Assembly: GCA_010909165.1 (NCBI GenBank)
Contig: MU008152.1
Span: forward strand, 496,001-560,000
Source of the DNA: Anthoceros angustus
Lineage: Eukaryota; Plantae; Anthocerotophyta
Direction of reading: 5' to 3'
Length of the DNA stretch: 64,000 bases
The notes under the pieces are model-generated. The model did no database searches. It had not been told where the DNA came from and saw nothing but the letters and a program-made list of their open reading frames with translations. A program made the translations under genes and the position numbers. Below are positions 24,475 to 36,886 of the stretch, piece by piece; the stretch's first letter is position 1; each line of letters opens with the position of its first letter.

Positions 24475-25572
24475 ATGGCGCGAGCAATGCAGCAGCAGCA
24501 GCAGCAAGAGCAGCAGCAGGCGATGGCGATGGCGATGGAGATGGAGATGGAGATGGAGATGGAGATGGAGATGGAGATGGCGGTGGCTGGAGGTGGCGCC
24601 AGGAGGAGGGGTCCTGTGCTCGAAAGGGCCCACTTCTGCAGCATGGGCCTCAGCGACCAGGGCCTTGATCCAAGAAACCCATCGCGGGATGGAATTGTTA
24701 GCCACCAGGACTTGGCGGACGAGTTCAAGTGGGAGGGCAAGGGTCCCATCCACCTCACACGGGCTCTCACAATAGAGGTCCCATTTCTGAAAACCCTGAT
24801 ACACAAAGTATATCCTCACAGAGGAGTGAATTGGAGCCAGGGGAGCATCGCCTTTGCCAGAGGCGCCATAGCCACGCGCAGAGGTTTCCAAGTGGACTGG
24901 GCAAGCTTTGCCTTCGAGGCCCAGTTCATAGGCAGATCGGCCCAGAAGAGGAGACATGTCTACTCTGTGAGGACAGCTGCTTCTGCCTCTGCTCCCAGGC
25001 CAGGAGAAGGAGAGGTCGCCCGGAATGCTCCCGATGTGGCGCGGGAGGCGACTTTTGAGGAGAATCGCGCGATGGAGGTGGAGCATGAGAGCCGGCCTCA
25101 GGGCATGCTTGTCTGTGCGGGCCAGGAGGAAGCGCGCGCGGACGAGCCCGGGTCTGGATCTTACTCCCAGATGTACATGGGACTGAGCCACATCCAAGAG
25201 AGGATGAATAGGCTCTACAGCAATGTCCTCGCAAAGTGGCCAAATCCTAACCGGATGCTTACGCAGATGAGTACAGAGGGCAAGAATTCACAGGCTGCTC
25301 AGGATTTGGAGCCGGGCCCGGTTGGATCGCGTCCACAGCTGGACTTGAATGAAGAAATGCAGTTGGATGTTTCCTGTGGCCAGGAATCCGCTTGCTTGGC
25401 CCTGCCACAGTCCACAGACCCCGGGCTTGAGGATATCAGGCCCCTGGCAAGCAGGCGTAGTCCGGGGTCTCGTCCTCAACCTACGTATCCAGCTCCTTCT
25501 CGCGGTAAGTTGATTCCGTTTTCCATAGATCCACAAATTTCAGGGCATGCTTGTCTTTGCTTATTTGTCTGA
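24475..25572 (+). CDS. unknown repeated family, copy B2 (365-aa ORF); further exons to ~26.55 kb
   Basis: Core LERAHFC..GLDPR..DLADEFKW..IHLTRALTIEVPFLKTLIHKVYP..FARGAIATRRGFQVDWASF. Downstream 25.6-26.75 kb is an inverted homolog of 17.9-19.1 kb, with donor CCG|GTGAGT (~25938) and acceptor TTTTCCACAG|GTGCAG (~26350). Confidence 0.72.
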   Translation: MARAMQQQQQQEQQQAMAMAMEMEMEMEMEMEMEMAVAGGGARRRGPVLERAHFCSMGLSDQGLDPRNPSRDGIVSHQDLADEFKWEGKGPIHLTRALTIEVPFLKTLIHKVYPHRGVNWSQGSIAFARGAIATRRGFQVDWASFAFEAQFIGRSAQKRRHVYSVRTAASASAPRPGEGEVARNAPDVAREATFEENRAMEVEHESRPQGMLVCAGQEEARADEPGSGSYSQMYMGLSHIQERMNRLYSNVLAKWPNPNRMLTQMSTEGKNSQAAQDLEPGPVGSRPQLDLNEEMQLDVSCGQESACLALPQSTDPGLEDIRPLASRRSPGSRPQPTYPAPSRGKLIPFSIDPQISGHACLCLFV

Positions 25573-28008
25573 TGCTTACTCAGGTGTGTACAGATGTAGA
25601 GGGCATAGCGAAGGAAGTGGCCCGGATGTGAAATTACAGGCTGCTCAGGATCTGGAAGCGAGGGATTATGAGCCTGGCCCGGCTGGACCGAGTCCACAGG
25701 TGGACTCGAATGAAGAAATGCAGGTGGATGTCTCTTGTGGCACGGAATCCGGTTGCTTGGCCCTGGCACAGTTCAGGGACCCCGGGGTCTGAGCATATCA
25801 GGCCCCTGGCAAGCAGGCCTAGCGTACAGCCTCTAAAGCTTCGTGTGGAACTGAGCCAGGAGGGACGCAAGCTGTACATGCAGCCTCCGAAGTCTCGTCC
25901 TAAACCTGCGTGCATCGCTGCTTCTACCGGTGAGTTGGTTTTGTTCCATGGATTCACATATGTCATCTACTTCGCTCCTCAAGTGCAAGCACTGCGCAGC
26001 ATGTCATGAACTGAAACGAGATTTTTTTGGTGTTAATTGCAGGTCTGAGGGGAGACCCTAGACTGCTAGAGCTCTCAAGGATTATGTTCAACTTGGGGAA
26101 ATCATCTCGCCGGACGTAAAAAAAAGTGATACTTCACTTTCGCTTTGGTAGGGTGAGTTTACGTTTACTTCACTGGAACCAAATTCGAAATTTTAGAGGT
26201 TCGAAATATACAGAGGTTGCAGCTGCTCTAATGCTATCAAGCTAATCCGGAAGCTCTGCAACAGGGCTCGACCACTGACTCAAGAGTAGTAGCGGCCATG
26301 TGGAGTATCAATTTCTCGGGTGAGTAGGCCAGTCAAGATTTTTTCCACAGGTGCAGGAGAGCTTTGGCAAGAAGATGTTCGAGATGAAGCTGTTATAAAG
26401 GTGGTGACGGACAGTCTGGGAAAGATGACTCTGGAGGGGAACAGCGAGGGGAGCAGGAGGATACTGGGGATGGTGAGGAGGAGTCGGTCTGTCGGATGGG
26501 GAGGGAGAGATAGAATGGCAGTGACGGATGGAGTGAGAAATCCATGAAAGGAGCAGGGGCTGGGCAGGGAGAGGGTAAGGGGGCCTTCAACAATAAACAT
26601 CAGCACGCCGTTGACATCCTTTGAGGAAGGAGGCGATAGAGAGCCTGTTCATTGTTGGAAAGGCTTCCCATTTTGGGGAAAGTTCCTTGTTGGTCTTGAT
26701 TCAATTCTCTGCAGTTTACAAATTTTTATATTGTAATCAGTCTTCAGACATAGTTTAAAGCATGCAAATCTTGCAGAATTCTAAAATTGCAAAGGCGGCT
26801 CCTCTGATCCGCTCACCAGATGTCGTGCTTGGGTGGACCTGGGATAGCTGGCTTGCCTTGGATGATCCCTGGACAGCCTGCCCTGCTCTTCAAAGCCGTG
26901 GCTCCCTTTCCTTTAGTTGGAATAACCAGCAGTCCAACTTGATTGCTCGCAGACTGGATCAGGCCTATATCCCATAGAGTACAGGCTCACTCCATCATAC
27001 CTGGTACCTCCCTATCTGACCATGCTCCGATTATAATCAGTCTGGCCTGTACCGAATCCGGGGTTATCAAGCTCTGTCCAGGATACTAGGAAACCAGGGG
27101 TGGAAGAAAGGATCATGGAGATATTTCAGCAGACGAGCTCTATGTCTGAGCTATCGGGCCTTGACAAGCTTCTATGTCTGAGCTATCGGGCCTTGACAAT
27201 CTTCTGAAGGGATGAGACGTAGTTCATCCTTGAAATTCCTCTGCAAGCTTGGTGCTGATCTTGATGATGATGATGATTTCAGGAGAGTCTCGCGCAATGA
27301 CCACACATAGGAGGTCGGCGCGCCCAGGTAGACCGAGACGACTTTTACTAGACTAGGACGACTACCCAAACAGGCTCAAAGATTGTTATTTTTGCCCGAC
27401 CGGGCTGAAAGATTGTGAAAGGATGGTTCCCCATCCCAGCATTGATCCGCCCGTTCGCATGTCATCTGGTGTATGCGCACCCGATGACCCCCCCTTAAGA
27501 AACGAGGAACGGAAGAGGAGCAGGACCTGAGAAACTCCTTGGCCAACCTTCAGCGTGCTGCTGAGCTTGGCCGTCTGTGTCCTGAATCCGCCGCCTTGCT
27601 TCGAGAAGCAAGATTTAAACTGGAGTGCTTCGAAGAAGCCAGAGCGCAGGGCAAACATAAAATGGGCCCCTGAGGGAGACTTACCGAGGAAGTTCTTGTT
27701 TAACACTCGCCAGCAAAGCCGTAAACGCAACCTGATTCCTCCCTGCCGGACGAAAACGGTGTCAGGCTGGATGACCCTGTGGCGCTCAAAGATTTATTGG
27801 TAACCACTTCAAGGAGTTCTTTGCCAGTACTGTTAAGCCTGACGAGTGGGAGCGGCTTTGGGCAGAGGCTCATGATCTTTTCCTGCGAAAGTTTCGGCCT
27901 CTCAACCCTTGCTACTTGACAAGAGCTCACTCCTCGCAAGTCCATAAAGGCATTTCGGCTTTGAGCAGAGGCTTGGTTTCCTCTTCTTTCGTGGTTGCCT
28001 TCTTCTGG

Positions 28009-28101
28009 CAACGGTGTCGATCGTCCTGCATTCTTTGACAACGGGTGTCGATCGTCCTGCATTCTTTGACAACGGGTGTCGATCGTCCTGCATTCTTTGA
28101 C
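28009..28101. repeat. 31-bp tandem repeat x3
   Basis: ACGGGTGTCGATCGTCCTGCATTCTTTGACA repeated. Confidence 0.9.
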
Positions 28102-28229
28102 GGCGTCGATCGCCCTCGAGAGGGCGATCTCCCAGGCCGACATCTTCAAAACACCACTGGTAGATAGGCTGTTTCATAACGCAGGATGCCACGTCTTCAG
28201 CACCAGTAGTTGTAGGCCTTTTCATATCC

Positions 28230-28510
28230 AGACCACGACATTCTCGGAGCGTACTTAGTTTCAAAACCACGACATTCTAGGAGCGTAATTAAGTTTCAAA
28301 ACCACGACATTCAAAGAGTGGAGGCAAGTTTCAAAACCACGACATTCTAAGAGCGTAGGTAAGTTTCAAAACCACGACATTCTAACACCGTAGGTAAGTT
28401 CTCAAAACCACGACATTCTCGGAGCGTAGGTAAGTTTCAAAACCACGACATTCTCGGAGCGTAGGTAGTTTAAAAACCACGACATTCTCGGAGCGTAGGT
28501 AGTTTCAAAA
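28230..28510. repeat. ~35-bp minisatellite x8
   Basis: TTTCAAAACCACGACATTCTCGGAGCGTAGGTAAG units. The variable part stays homologous between units, so there are no unique spacers. Confidence 0.92.
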
Positions 28511-30869
28511 TAGGCGATCGCGGGGCTAGTCCTCCTTGGACGGGTATCTCGTCTTACTACATAATGTCTTCGTTTCCAGCATAAGGCCTTTCACTGGACT
28601 TCTCTCTTGGCAAGTCCCTGGACCAAAACAATTCTTTACTTGCTGTTATGCGGGCTCTTGCAGATATCTGGGACACAAGGGACTATGGGATCCACTGTCA
28701 ATGAAAGCTTGATCACCCTCCTCCCCAAACTCAACGCGGTTGAATCCTTCTCAACTGGAGGCCTATCAGCTTGCTTAACACTATCTACAAGCTCATGACG
28801 AAGTCCATGGCCAACCGCATTGCATTGTTCCTTTCCTCCATGAATGGGTTGCTCCTGAGCAGAGGCCTCATTCATCAAAAGCGCTGCATCCTAGACAACC
28901 TGCCTATGGTGCGCGAGGTGAAGTGGTGGCTTCACAAACAAAAGGTTCTAGCTATCATCATCTCTCTGGATTTCCGCAAGGCTTACGGTGCCATAGAGTG
29001 GCACTTTATGTGGCGCTGTATGCGCCAATACACATCGTGAGCATTCAGGACCCTCAGGGAAGGAGCCCAGAATCTCATGTCTGGCGGACGACACTCTGTT
29101 GTTCTCCAAAGCTGATGACAGATCCTCTCCACCATGTTGCATATTGAGCACACATTTGGGGTTCTCTCTGGATGTAAGGTCAATAGGGGCAAGACGGTTA
29201 TGCTTTGTGTTAAGCTGGGGATGATGTCCCTGCTTCCGTCAGACACATCCACAAGGTGCAGGGTAACGACTTTCACAAATATCTGGGTATCCCACTGCAA
29301 GAAGGGGATGAGAATGGAGATCGGAAGATATGTTCTCTCCAAATTCATTCGAAAGGCTCGCGCAATGTACAAGTATTACAGCTGTCCACTCCTGCGAGGG
29401 CCATCGCTATTAACCATATCCTTACCTCCTCACTTTGGTACTATGTCTTTGTCTGAGCTCCGTCTAAGGCCGACATGGCCAGACTGAAGGAATTAATCTT
29501 GCAGTTTCTGTGGGGCAGGGGCCCTTGGAAGCAGGCAGCAAGGCCCATAGAGTGGCCTGGGCTCCTAACTCAGCCTAAGGCCGTTGGGGGTCTCGGTCTT
29601 GTCGATCCGTTTGTAAAAAGCACGGCTTTGCATGGGCAATGGATTCTTCAAGCCCTGAGCCCGGTTGATTACCCATCGCCTTCTGCCTGTTTTGATGACC
29701 CATCAGGGTCCCCTCTGTGGCATGCGATTTGGAGCAGTTTCAAACGGGCTACTAACCTGTGTTCCTGGACCCCGCCCGTTAGCAGAGCACAGGCCCTGTC
29801 TCTTCCCATTCACGGATGCTGCCATGTATGAAAACCAGAACTCCGTATCCGCATGAGTGGCTCTCAACATATAAAAAATGCCAGCCTGCAGGGTCTGTAC
29901 GCCATTCGGCACTTGTGGAACTTAGCCACTGAGCGTTGGAAGCATCCTGACGACCTTATGTACGAGTTCAACATCAACAGCCGTTGTGCCAAGTTTCTCC
30001 TGTCATCTGTTCAGACGGCTTTGGCAGACGCTGTTTACTCCGCTTTGGAAATGGGGATGAGGTTACCTTTGGTGATTTTCCATGTTACTGGGCGATTCGG
30101 TCTTCTATATCACCAGACAGGTTGGGGTTCTTGGCTGACATCTACAAACCCAGCTCGAGGAAGGGATCCTCTCTTACACAGAGGGAGGCTGTTTTACAGG
30201 GTGCTTTTCTGTCTCCTGTTGTTATTCTCTTCGGTGCTGCTACCTCTCGATAACGGCTCCTGAGACATGAACTTCTGTGCAGCCCCGAATGCTGGGGGCC
30301 GGGGTGCTTTTGTTGGGCTGGCATGACTGATGAGTCCTCACTTGTTATCTCTCCTCACCACTGGAGATGCTGCTGCTACTGGCACTCCTGCCACTAGGTC
30401 CCTCCTGAATGTGAGCACCTCATTGAGCTACCGACTACTTATCAAAGAACTGCAGCCCAAGGGCAGAAAGCCGCTGACTCCCCGCCTCTTGTTGAATTCA
30501 CCCACTCAATTACACATGCTAAGAATGCTTTGGAAAAGAAAGAGGATCATCGAGAAGCACAGGTATACCATTTGGAAGATGTGGCAGGCGGCTTTGCCGA
30601 ACTCCGACAGGTGGAATGGGCTCTTTGAGGCGGCAGGTGTGCCCACCTGCATCACGTGCGATCAGGGTTCAGAACATAAAACCGAGCATATCTTTTTTAG
30701 GTGTGACTTCGCTCGCGCCGCATGGAAAGCTGTTGAAGCCTGGCTCAGACGGGTTCTCCACAACTCTTCCATTGTGCTCTCAGAAACTACTGCTCGCTTC
30801 GGATACCGGCCTTTCCTCCAGCTTCAGTGGTGGCCGGTTCTTTGGGCTGCCACCCTGCAACACCTCTGG

Positions 30870-30930
30870 GTACACTGGAATCCTCCGTGTACACTGGAAT
30901 CCTCCGGGTACACTGGAATCCTCCGGGTAC
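30870..30930. repeat. 19-bp tandem repeat x3 in the LINE 3' region
   Basis: GTACACTGGAATCCTCCGK repeated. Confidence 0.85.
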
Positions 30931-32907
30931 TGGGTACACCCTCCATCTGGGAATCCACCCTCAATGGAGCAGCACAGACCCAGGCCCCTCGCCCACAACA
31001 CAGCAAGCAAGCTTGAAGCCTGGCAAGCAGCGGGCTTTCTCACCACCGTCAGACCTCTCACATGGAACTTCCATTGTCGGCTCTGATTGCTCCCTCACAG
31101 AGCGCCAGCAGGAGGATTTTCAAGGCCTTCTCAACAAAGGCAGGGACTTGGCGAAATTTGGTGAGACTGGAGGCGCCTCCGTCAGGCACCTCATTCTGCG
31201 CAAATGCGTGCTGGGGGGGTTTTTCTTTGGTCCTAGGGCCTGAGATCATGTGAGATGCCCCTTTTCTAGAGGCTCTGTTGTCCCCCTCCTGCTTCCTGCC
31301 TGCCCTTCCCGCCCGGAGCCTTTTCTGCGCTCCTTCGCGTGTCTCCTCGTTTCTAGCACGATCTTGTTTCTTCCGATTCTACAAAGCTCGGGTTCTCTAA
31401 AAAAAGAATAGAAATCTAACAAACTATTCTGCTATGTTGATGCTTCTAAGCACGTCCTGGAACATCACACTGTCCTCCCCCTCGTAATCGCTGAACTGGA
31501 TGACTTCTCCCCTGCCTATTGTTGATACCGCGGATCTCAAACAGCCCTTTCAGCTGATCAGCACAGCCCGCAACAACCTTGCAAGTGATGTGCACAAGTT
31601 CGAGGACAAGCTTAAGACCTCAGCCATTACAGCCTAAAATCACCACTCACCAGTGCACTGGGTGCTGTGCCGAGGAGGTATTCCTGCTCTCCTACACTTG
31701 AAATGCACCTTCAGCGAGGGCCTGCAGGACAGATCTACACCCTTAGATTGCTATGCTGCACCTACAACTAGTTAGGATTGCAGCTGAGAACTTGACACAT
31801 ATCACTGGAGAGCACTGACAGACAAGAGGTGTGTTTTGGACCTGGATTTGCAGGAGGTGCAAGCTAATCTTGATACAGATGCCTCGATGACTGCCAAAAC
31901 ATCTGTCAGGTGCTCCCAAACAGATGAGCATCCCATAGAGAGAGCCAAAAGAGAATATTACGCTTCAGTCACAGCTCCCACGAACTCCATGGAAATGAAT
32001 ACCTTGCCTGGTTCGCCCAAGCTAGCCAAGCTGAAGCCCGTCCATCAGCTCAGTGTGCCTGTCCGTAACATTGGTGTGGTACAACTCCAGATCGAAAAAC
32101 ATGAGCCGTGCACTGAAACGGCCAGAGCGGACAATAAGGGAGCGGCGAAGACCACTCACATGTGCATAGCCATCTAGCCCCTCCGGCAGGGCAACATTAG
32201 GTTAGAACTCCTTGCTCCCAAGTCCCAAACCGAGAGCTTGAGCTAGAACCTGCTGCCAGGGTGTCCAGTGGATATCAGTTTTAACAGTGGACAGAGGCCT
32301 GGATCCAAGAAACCGCCACACTGAGCGAATTTTGTAAAAGCGATCAGAATCGCTGTTGATCCATGGGCGGTGGCCTGTGCCAAAGTGCGCGAGTCTGACA
32401 GCAGAACATGAGCACGTGCGTAAGGCAAGAAAAGGATAATGTATTGATAGTCTAGAGAAATACTTATAGTGTCTCCTAGAAAGCGGTTTAATAACCGTCC
32501 ATATGTGAAAATACAAAACTACCTAATAGCCGTTGGTAACAGCCCAACTAAAGTAGCATGACTTAGCTGTTAGGCTATTCCCAATACTCCCACTTAGTTG
32601 CAGGATTTCCAAAGTAGGAAGCTAGACTGAAATATCCGTCCTTCGCATGCAAGCTGGACGCGTACAAATGATGAACTGAGAAAACACATGCCAAACGAGG
32701 TTGTGTTCCAGCTCACTTCTGTTCTCTTATGCTCCAACTCTCCTTGAGATCGGCTCTCATGGCTACCTTCAGTGCCATAGAGTTGGTCCTCCACTTGATC
32801 ACATGTGAGTCTTCACTCTCTACTTCCTCCGCAGCTGGCTGTCCTCTACAGCTGGATCCCGGTGCACAAATTCTCGGAGCGCCAATCTTGTCTTCACGCC
32901 TTGCACT

Positions 32908-33500
32908 GTGCAGCATCGAACATCGTCTCCTTCTACTCTCCAAGCTCGGCTCCTCTTCCAAAGGACAGCTCTAAGGCCAAGGCTTCTCGCAGGCTCCAGA
33001 ACTTTGAAGGTGTTCGCAGCTCCATCATCAGAGTTCCACAAGATGAGCTGCAAGGACACTGAGACGAAGAGCAAGAGAGGAGTAACAAGTGTGGCTTTGC
33101 AGCCCACACCTGAAGAGATGCAAGCATACATGAAAGTGCCTCTCCCTGTGGATTCAGACGACGAAGTCTACATGGAAGAGGAATGAGGCTACAGACCTTC
33201 TACAGGTGTAAAGGGTGAGAGAAAGACAGCGCAGAGAAATGAAGGAGTGGAAGACACTAAGACTCCTAAGAAAGGAAAGGAGAAACCTGCACCTCACGTG
33301 ACAGGAAGTGGGATACAAGTGCTATATGGGTGTAAGTACTTCACTATTGGAAAGTATGCATGAAACCTGACAGAGTTGTGATGCTAACTACTGCTGTGGT
33401 TGCTGCAGCCCTGAATGAAGAATTCACGAAGTCTGACAAGGCAAGAGAAGACCTGAAGAAAACATTCATCAAACAGGGCAAGCTCCCACTGGGGAATTAG
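32908..33500 (+). pseudogene. antisense spliced accessory ORF in the copia 1 3' region
   Basis: The frame of ORF 32908..33186 continues past one TGA to donor T|GTAAGT (33331/33332). Intron has a CTAAC branch point; acceptor CTGCAG| at 33408. Last exon SLNEEFTKSDKAREDLKKTFIKQGKLPLGN stops at 33500, 12 bp from the pol stop. The 5' end is unresolved. Confidence 0.6.
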
Positions 33501-34804
33501 AAGCAGCAAACTCTAGTGGGCAGTGCCCTTCACAGCTACAGCTGGGATGTCACTAATGCCAGCAGATGCAGTATGCTTTTCATGAACAGGTTTAGAAAGA
33601 GCCTTCGTGAGAAGGTCAGAAATGTTATCTTCAGTAGGTACATAAGACACTGTTACCTCACCAGACTCGGCAGCTTGCCTGATAAAGTGGTGACTTATCT
33701 CAATATGTTTGGATCGTGCGTGAAAAACAGGATTCTTGCTCAGTGCGATAGCTGATTGGTTGTCACACCACAAAGGTGTTGCACCTGGCTGCAGTTGTCG
33801 AAGCTCCTTCATAAAACTCCGAATCCATATAACCTCCTTAGCAGCTTGTGTCATGGCTGCATATTCTGCCTCAGTAGAGGACAGACATATAGTTGAAAGC
33901 TTCTTGCTACTCCATGAAACAGCAGAGGTACCCAGAAAGGTGCAATAAGCAGCAACTGATTTCCTAGTATCAGGATCCCCAGCCCAATCGGCATCGCAAT
34001 AAGCTGTGAGATCCAGGCCTGTCTTACACTTTGTAAACCGAAGACCTTTCCTTGATGTCCCTTGCAGATATCTAAAAATCCGTTTGACAGCAGTCCAGTG
34101 TCAAGGACCAGGGTTCTCTAAGAACTGACTTACAACTCCCACTGCCCGGGTAATGTCCATTCGGGTCCAGCTGGAGAGATAAATGAGAGAACCTACTGCC
34201 TGCCTATAAGGGGTCCTGGACATAGCTAGTTTTTCCTCCTCTGTAACAGGACACTGCTCTAAGGAGAGTTTCTCACCTAAAGACATGGGTGTCCCTACAG
34301 GCTTCGCATCTTGCATGTTGAAGCGCTGTAGCAGCTGATGCACAAAGTGCTCTTGATGTATATCAATCGTGCCATCAGCTCTATTGAAGTGAAACTGAAC
34401 ACCCAGGGAAAAAGTGAGTTCTCCTAAGTCTGTCATCTCAAATTTAGAAAGGAGGATAAGCTTGATGCGGGCCATAAGGGTAGCAGAGTTACTAAACAGA
34501 AAATTGTCATCAACATAGACGGTAAGAATCAAGAAATCTGTCCCGTCCCACATGATATAGACACTGGTGTCTGCATCAAGGCAAGTAAAGCCTAATTCCA
34601 ATAGTAACTTGTGGAATACTTCATACCAAGCACGGGATGCTTGTTTCAGACCATAAAGTGTTTTAAGCAGCTTACACACCTTGTCCTCGTTGATGATGTA
34701 ACCCTCTGGCTGACACATATAGATATCTTCCTCCAGAAGGCCATTCAGAAAGGCTGTTTTAACATCCAGTTGGTGCACAAGGAGATTGTAATGGACAGCT
34801 AGGG

Positions 34805-36865
34805 CTAATAGGATCCTGACAGAGGTGGACTTAACGACCGGAGCAAAGTTTCGTTGAAGTCTAGTCCAAGAATCTGGCTGTAGCCCTTAGCAACGAGGCG
34901 AGCCTTGTATCTACCAACAGATCCATCAGTATTCAGCTTCTTCTTGAAGACCCACTTACAAGCTACTGGCTTTCTACCAGGAGGGAGATCTACAAGCTTC
35001 CAAGTTTTGTTCTGAATGAGAGAATTGTATTCGGAGTCTATAGCAGCTTGCCAAAAGGGAGCCTCAGGGCCTTCTAAGGCTTCTTTGTAAGTGGCTGGTT
35101 CTCCTAAGGAGGAAGAAACACTAAACACAGCTGCAGGAGACATACCAGAGGTTGCTAGACTTGCCCAATGATATTGAGGATCTTGCCACTCATACATATG
35201 GCGACGAATTCGGGTAGAACGGCGAGGAGGAGAATCTTCTTCGGAATCAGACTCTTCAACTTGGACATCTACAGGCTCAGCCAGGTCAGCATCACCATTG
35301 ACAGGTGTACCTGAAGTTTCATCATTATGGCCTGGAGATGGTGGAGGTGTGAGATTCTCAAAGTCACTGTTGCCAGCAGGAATTGGAGGAGTCTGTGTTG
35401 CTGGAGCTGCCCCCCCTTGATCCGAAGAAGAGTCATCCTCATCATCAAAGAAACTCGGCTCGTCAGTATCATCAGGGAGAGAATCCTCAACACCAGTGAT
35501 GGAAGCAGGCACACGAGTGGAATCCGGGTGCAAAGTAGCAGCATGTCGGCGAAGTAAGACAGCCTCATGAAAAATCACACTTCGGGACAAAGTAAGCTGC
35601 CTAGTGACAAGGTTGAAAAGTTTGTATCCCTTCACCTCTTCTGAATAGCCGACAAAAACATGACGAGATGCCTTGGGATCAAGCTTGGAGCGCAGAGCTG
35701 GTGGAACAAGGGCATAAGCTGGTGACCCAAAGATGCGCAGATGCCGAACTCGAGGCTTCCTGCCAGTCCATCGCTCATAGGGAGTAATGGAACCAAGTTC
35801 CTTGGTGGGCAGGCGATTCTGAACATAGTTGGCTGCCACCAAAGCCTCAGCCCAATACCCACGGGTGAGTCCAGCAAAGGTGAGAGAAGCTAAAGTGGCT
35901 TCTTGCAAAGTTCTGTTTTTGCGCTCTGAAAAAGCATTCTGCTCTGGAGTATATGGAACTGTGAACTGATGAAGAATACCTTCCTTCTCACAGAAGGCAG
36001 CAAATGCTTGGCTGGTGTACTCACCCCCATTATCGGTTCGAAGGATGCGCACCTTGCTTGAAGTCTGTCTTTGGGCAAACTGAACATAGGACTTGAAACA
36101 ATCAAGTGCTTCACTCTTGTGCCGAAGCAAGTACACCACACAATACCGACTCCACTCGTCGATAAATGTGAGAAAGTAATCTGCCCCTCCAAACGAGCTA
36201 GTGGACATAGGGCCGCAGATATCACTATGAACGGTGTGGAGCAACCCATCAGCACGGCTAAGAGCCTTATCCGAGAAAGGAAGTGAGTGGGCCTTACTAA
36301 GTTGGCAAGCCTCACAGAAGGCATGTTTGTCAAAGGAAAAATTCAAAGGCTCCCTGTAACTCTCACCTTTTACTAACATACCCAGACGCTGGAAGTTGAC
36401 ATGCCCTAGGCGACAATGCCACAGTTGTGTTGCAGGGATCTCTGTGGCATGTGCTGACTGGATAGAACCCAAAACTGTCTTGACATTCAAGAGGTACAGA
36501 TCATGGAAAGGAGACCCTGAAAAGAGATCTAGACCTGACCTGGTACTGGTGACGTAGCACCCTTGATGATCGAAACACACTTTGCAACTGTGTTCCTGTG
36601 AGAGTTTCAAGACAGACATAAGATTCTTAGTCATAGATGGGACATAGAGCACGTCTGTAAGAGTGAGGTTGGAAGAATCAGGCAAAGTTATGACAACTGA
36701 TCCCGAACCCTTGATAGAAAGCCCACTGTCATCCCCTAGCAGCACAAACTGCTTAGTTTCAATAGCTGGAGTAAAAGACGAAAAAGCACGTCTATGAAAG
36801 CAAATGTGGCTAGTTGCTCCAGAATCTAAAAACCAAGTATCAGGATGAACTTGTGTAGATGACAA
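34805..36865 (-). CDS. pol: copia 1 protease-integrase-RT N-terminus
   Basis: [42 protein letters not shown]; 686 aa. Confidence 0.93.
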   Translation of the reverse strand: MSSTQVHPDTWFLDSGATSHICFHRRAFSSFTPAIETKQFVLLGDDSGLSIKGSGSVVITLPDSSNLTLTDVLYVPSMTKNLMSVLKLSQEHSCKVCFDHQGCYVTSTRSGLDLFSGSPFHDLYLLNVKTVLGSIQSAHATEIPATQLWHCRLGHVNFQRLGMLVKGESYREPLNFSFDKHAFCEACQLSKAHSLPFSDKALSRADGLLHTVHSDICGPMSTSSFGGADYFLTFIDEWSRYCVVYLLRHKSEALDCFKSYVQFAQRQTSSKVRILRTDNGGEYTSQAFAAFCEKEGILHQFTVPYTPEQNAFSERKNRTLQEATLASLTFAGLTRGYWAEALVAANYVQNRLPTKELGSITPYERWTGRKPRVRHLRIFGSPAYALVPPALRSKLDPKASRHVFVGYSEEVKGYKLFNLVTRQLTLSRSVIFHEAVLLRRHAATLHPDSTRVPASITGVEDSLPDDTDEPSFFDDEDDSSSDQGGAAPATQTPPIPAGNSDFENLTPPPSPGHNDETSGTPVNGDADLAEPVDVQVEESDSEEDSPPRRSTRIRRHMYEWQDPQYHWASLATSGMSPAAVFSVSSSLGEPATYKEALEGPEAPFWQAAIDSEYNSLIQNKTWKLVDLPPGRKPVACKWVFKKKLNTDGSVGRYKARLVAKGYSQILGLDFNETLLRSLSPPLSGSY

Positions 36866-36886
36866 GCAAACTGCTAGGATAGTGGA

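Larger units (their letters stand above)
26790..31405 (+). mobile_element. degenerate 5'-truncated non-LTR retrotransposon (L1/Tx1-like ORF2)
   Basis: Endonuclease C-terminus (FSWNN..RRLDQ; SLSDHAPI near 27010), NIKWAPEGDLPRKF, RT motifs (ESLITLLPK, LNTIYKLMTK, SLDFRKAY, KYLGIPL, PKAVGGLGL), zf-RVT (CITC...EHIFFRCDFARAAW), short A-tail at 31399-31405. Many frameshifts. Confidence 0.9.

Noticed and set aside
28230-28510. CRISPR-like array
   Set aside because: Units are homologous end to end with no unique spacers, there are no cas genes, and the context is eukaryotic.
31420-32280. Possible gene fragment (ORF 31836..32177)
   Set aside because: No motif, splice model or homolog in the window to support a call.
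33516-33755. Plus-strand 79-aa ORF as part of the antisense accessory gene
   Set aside because: It lies wholly opposite the RNase H frame and downstream of the accessory stop at 33500.
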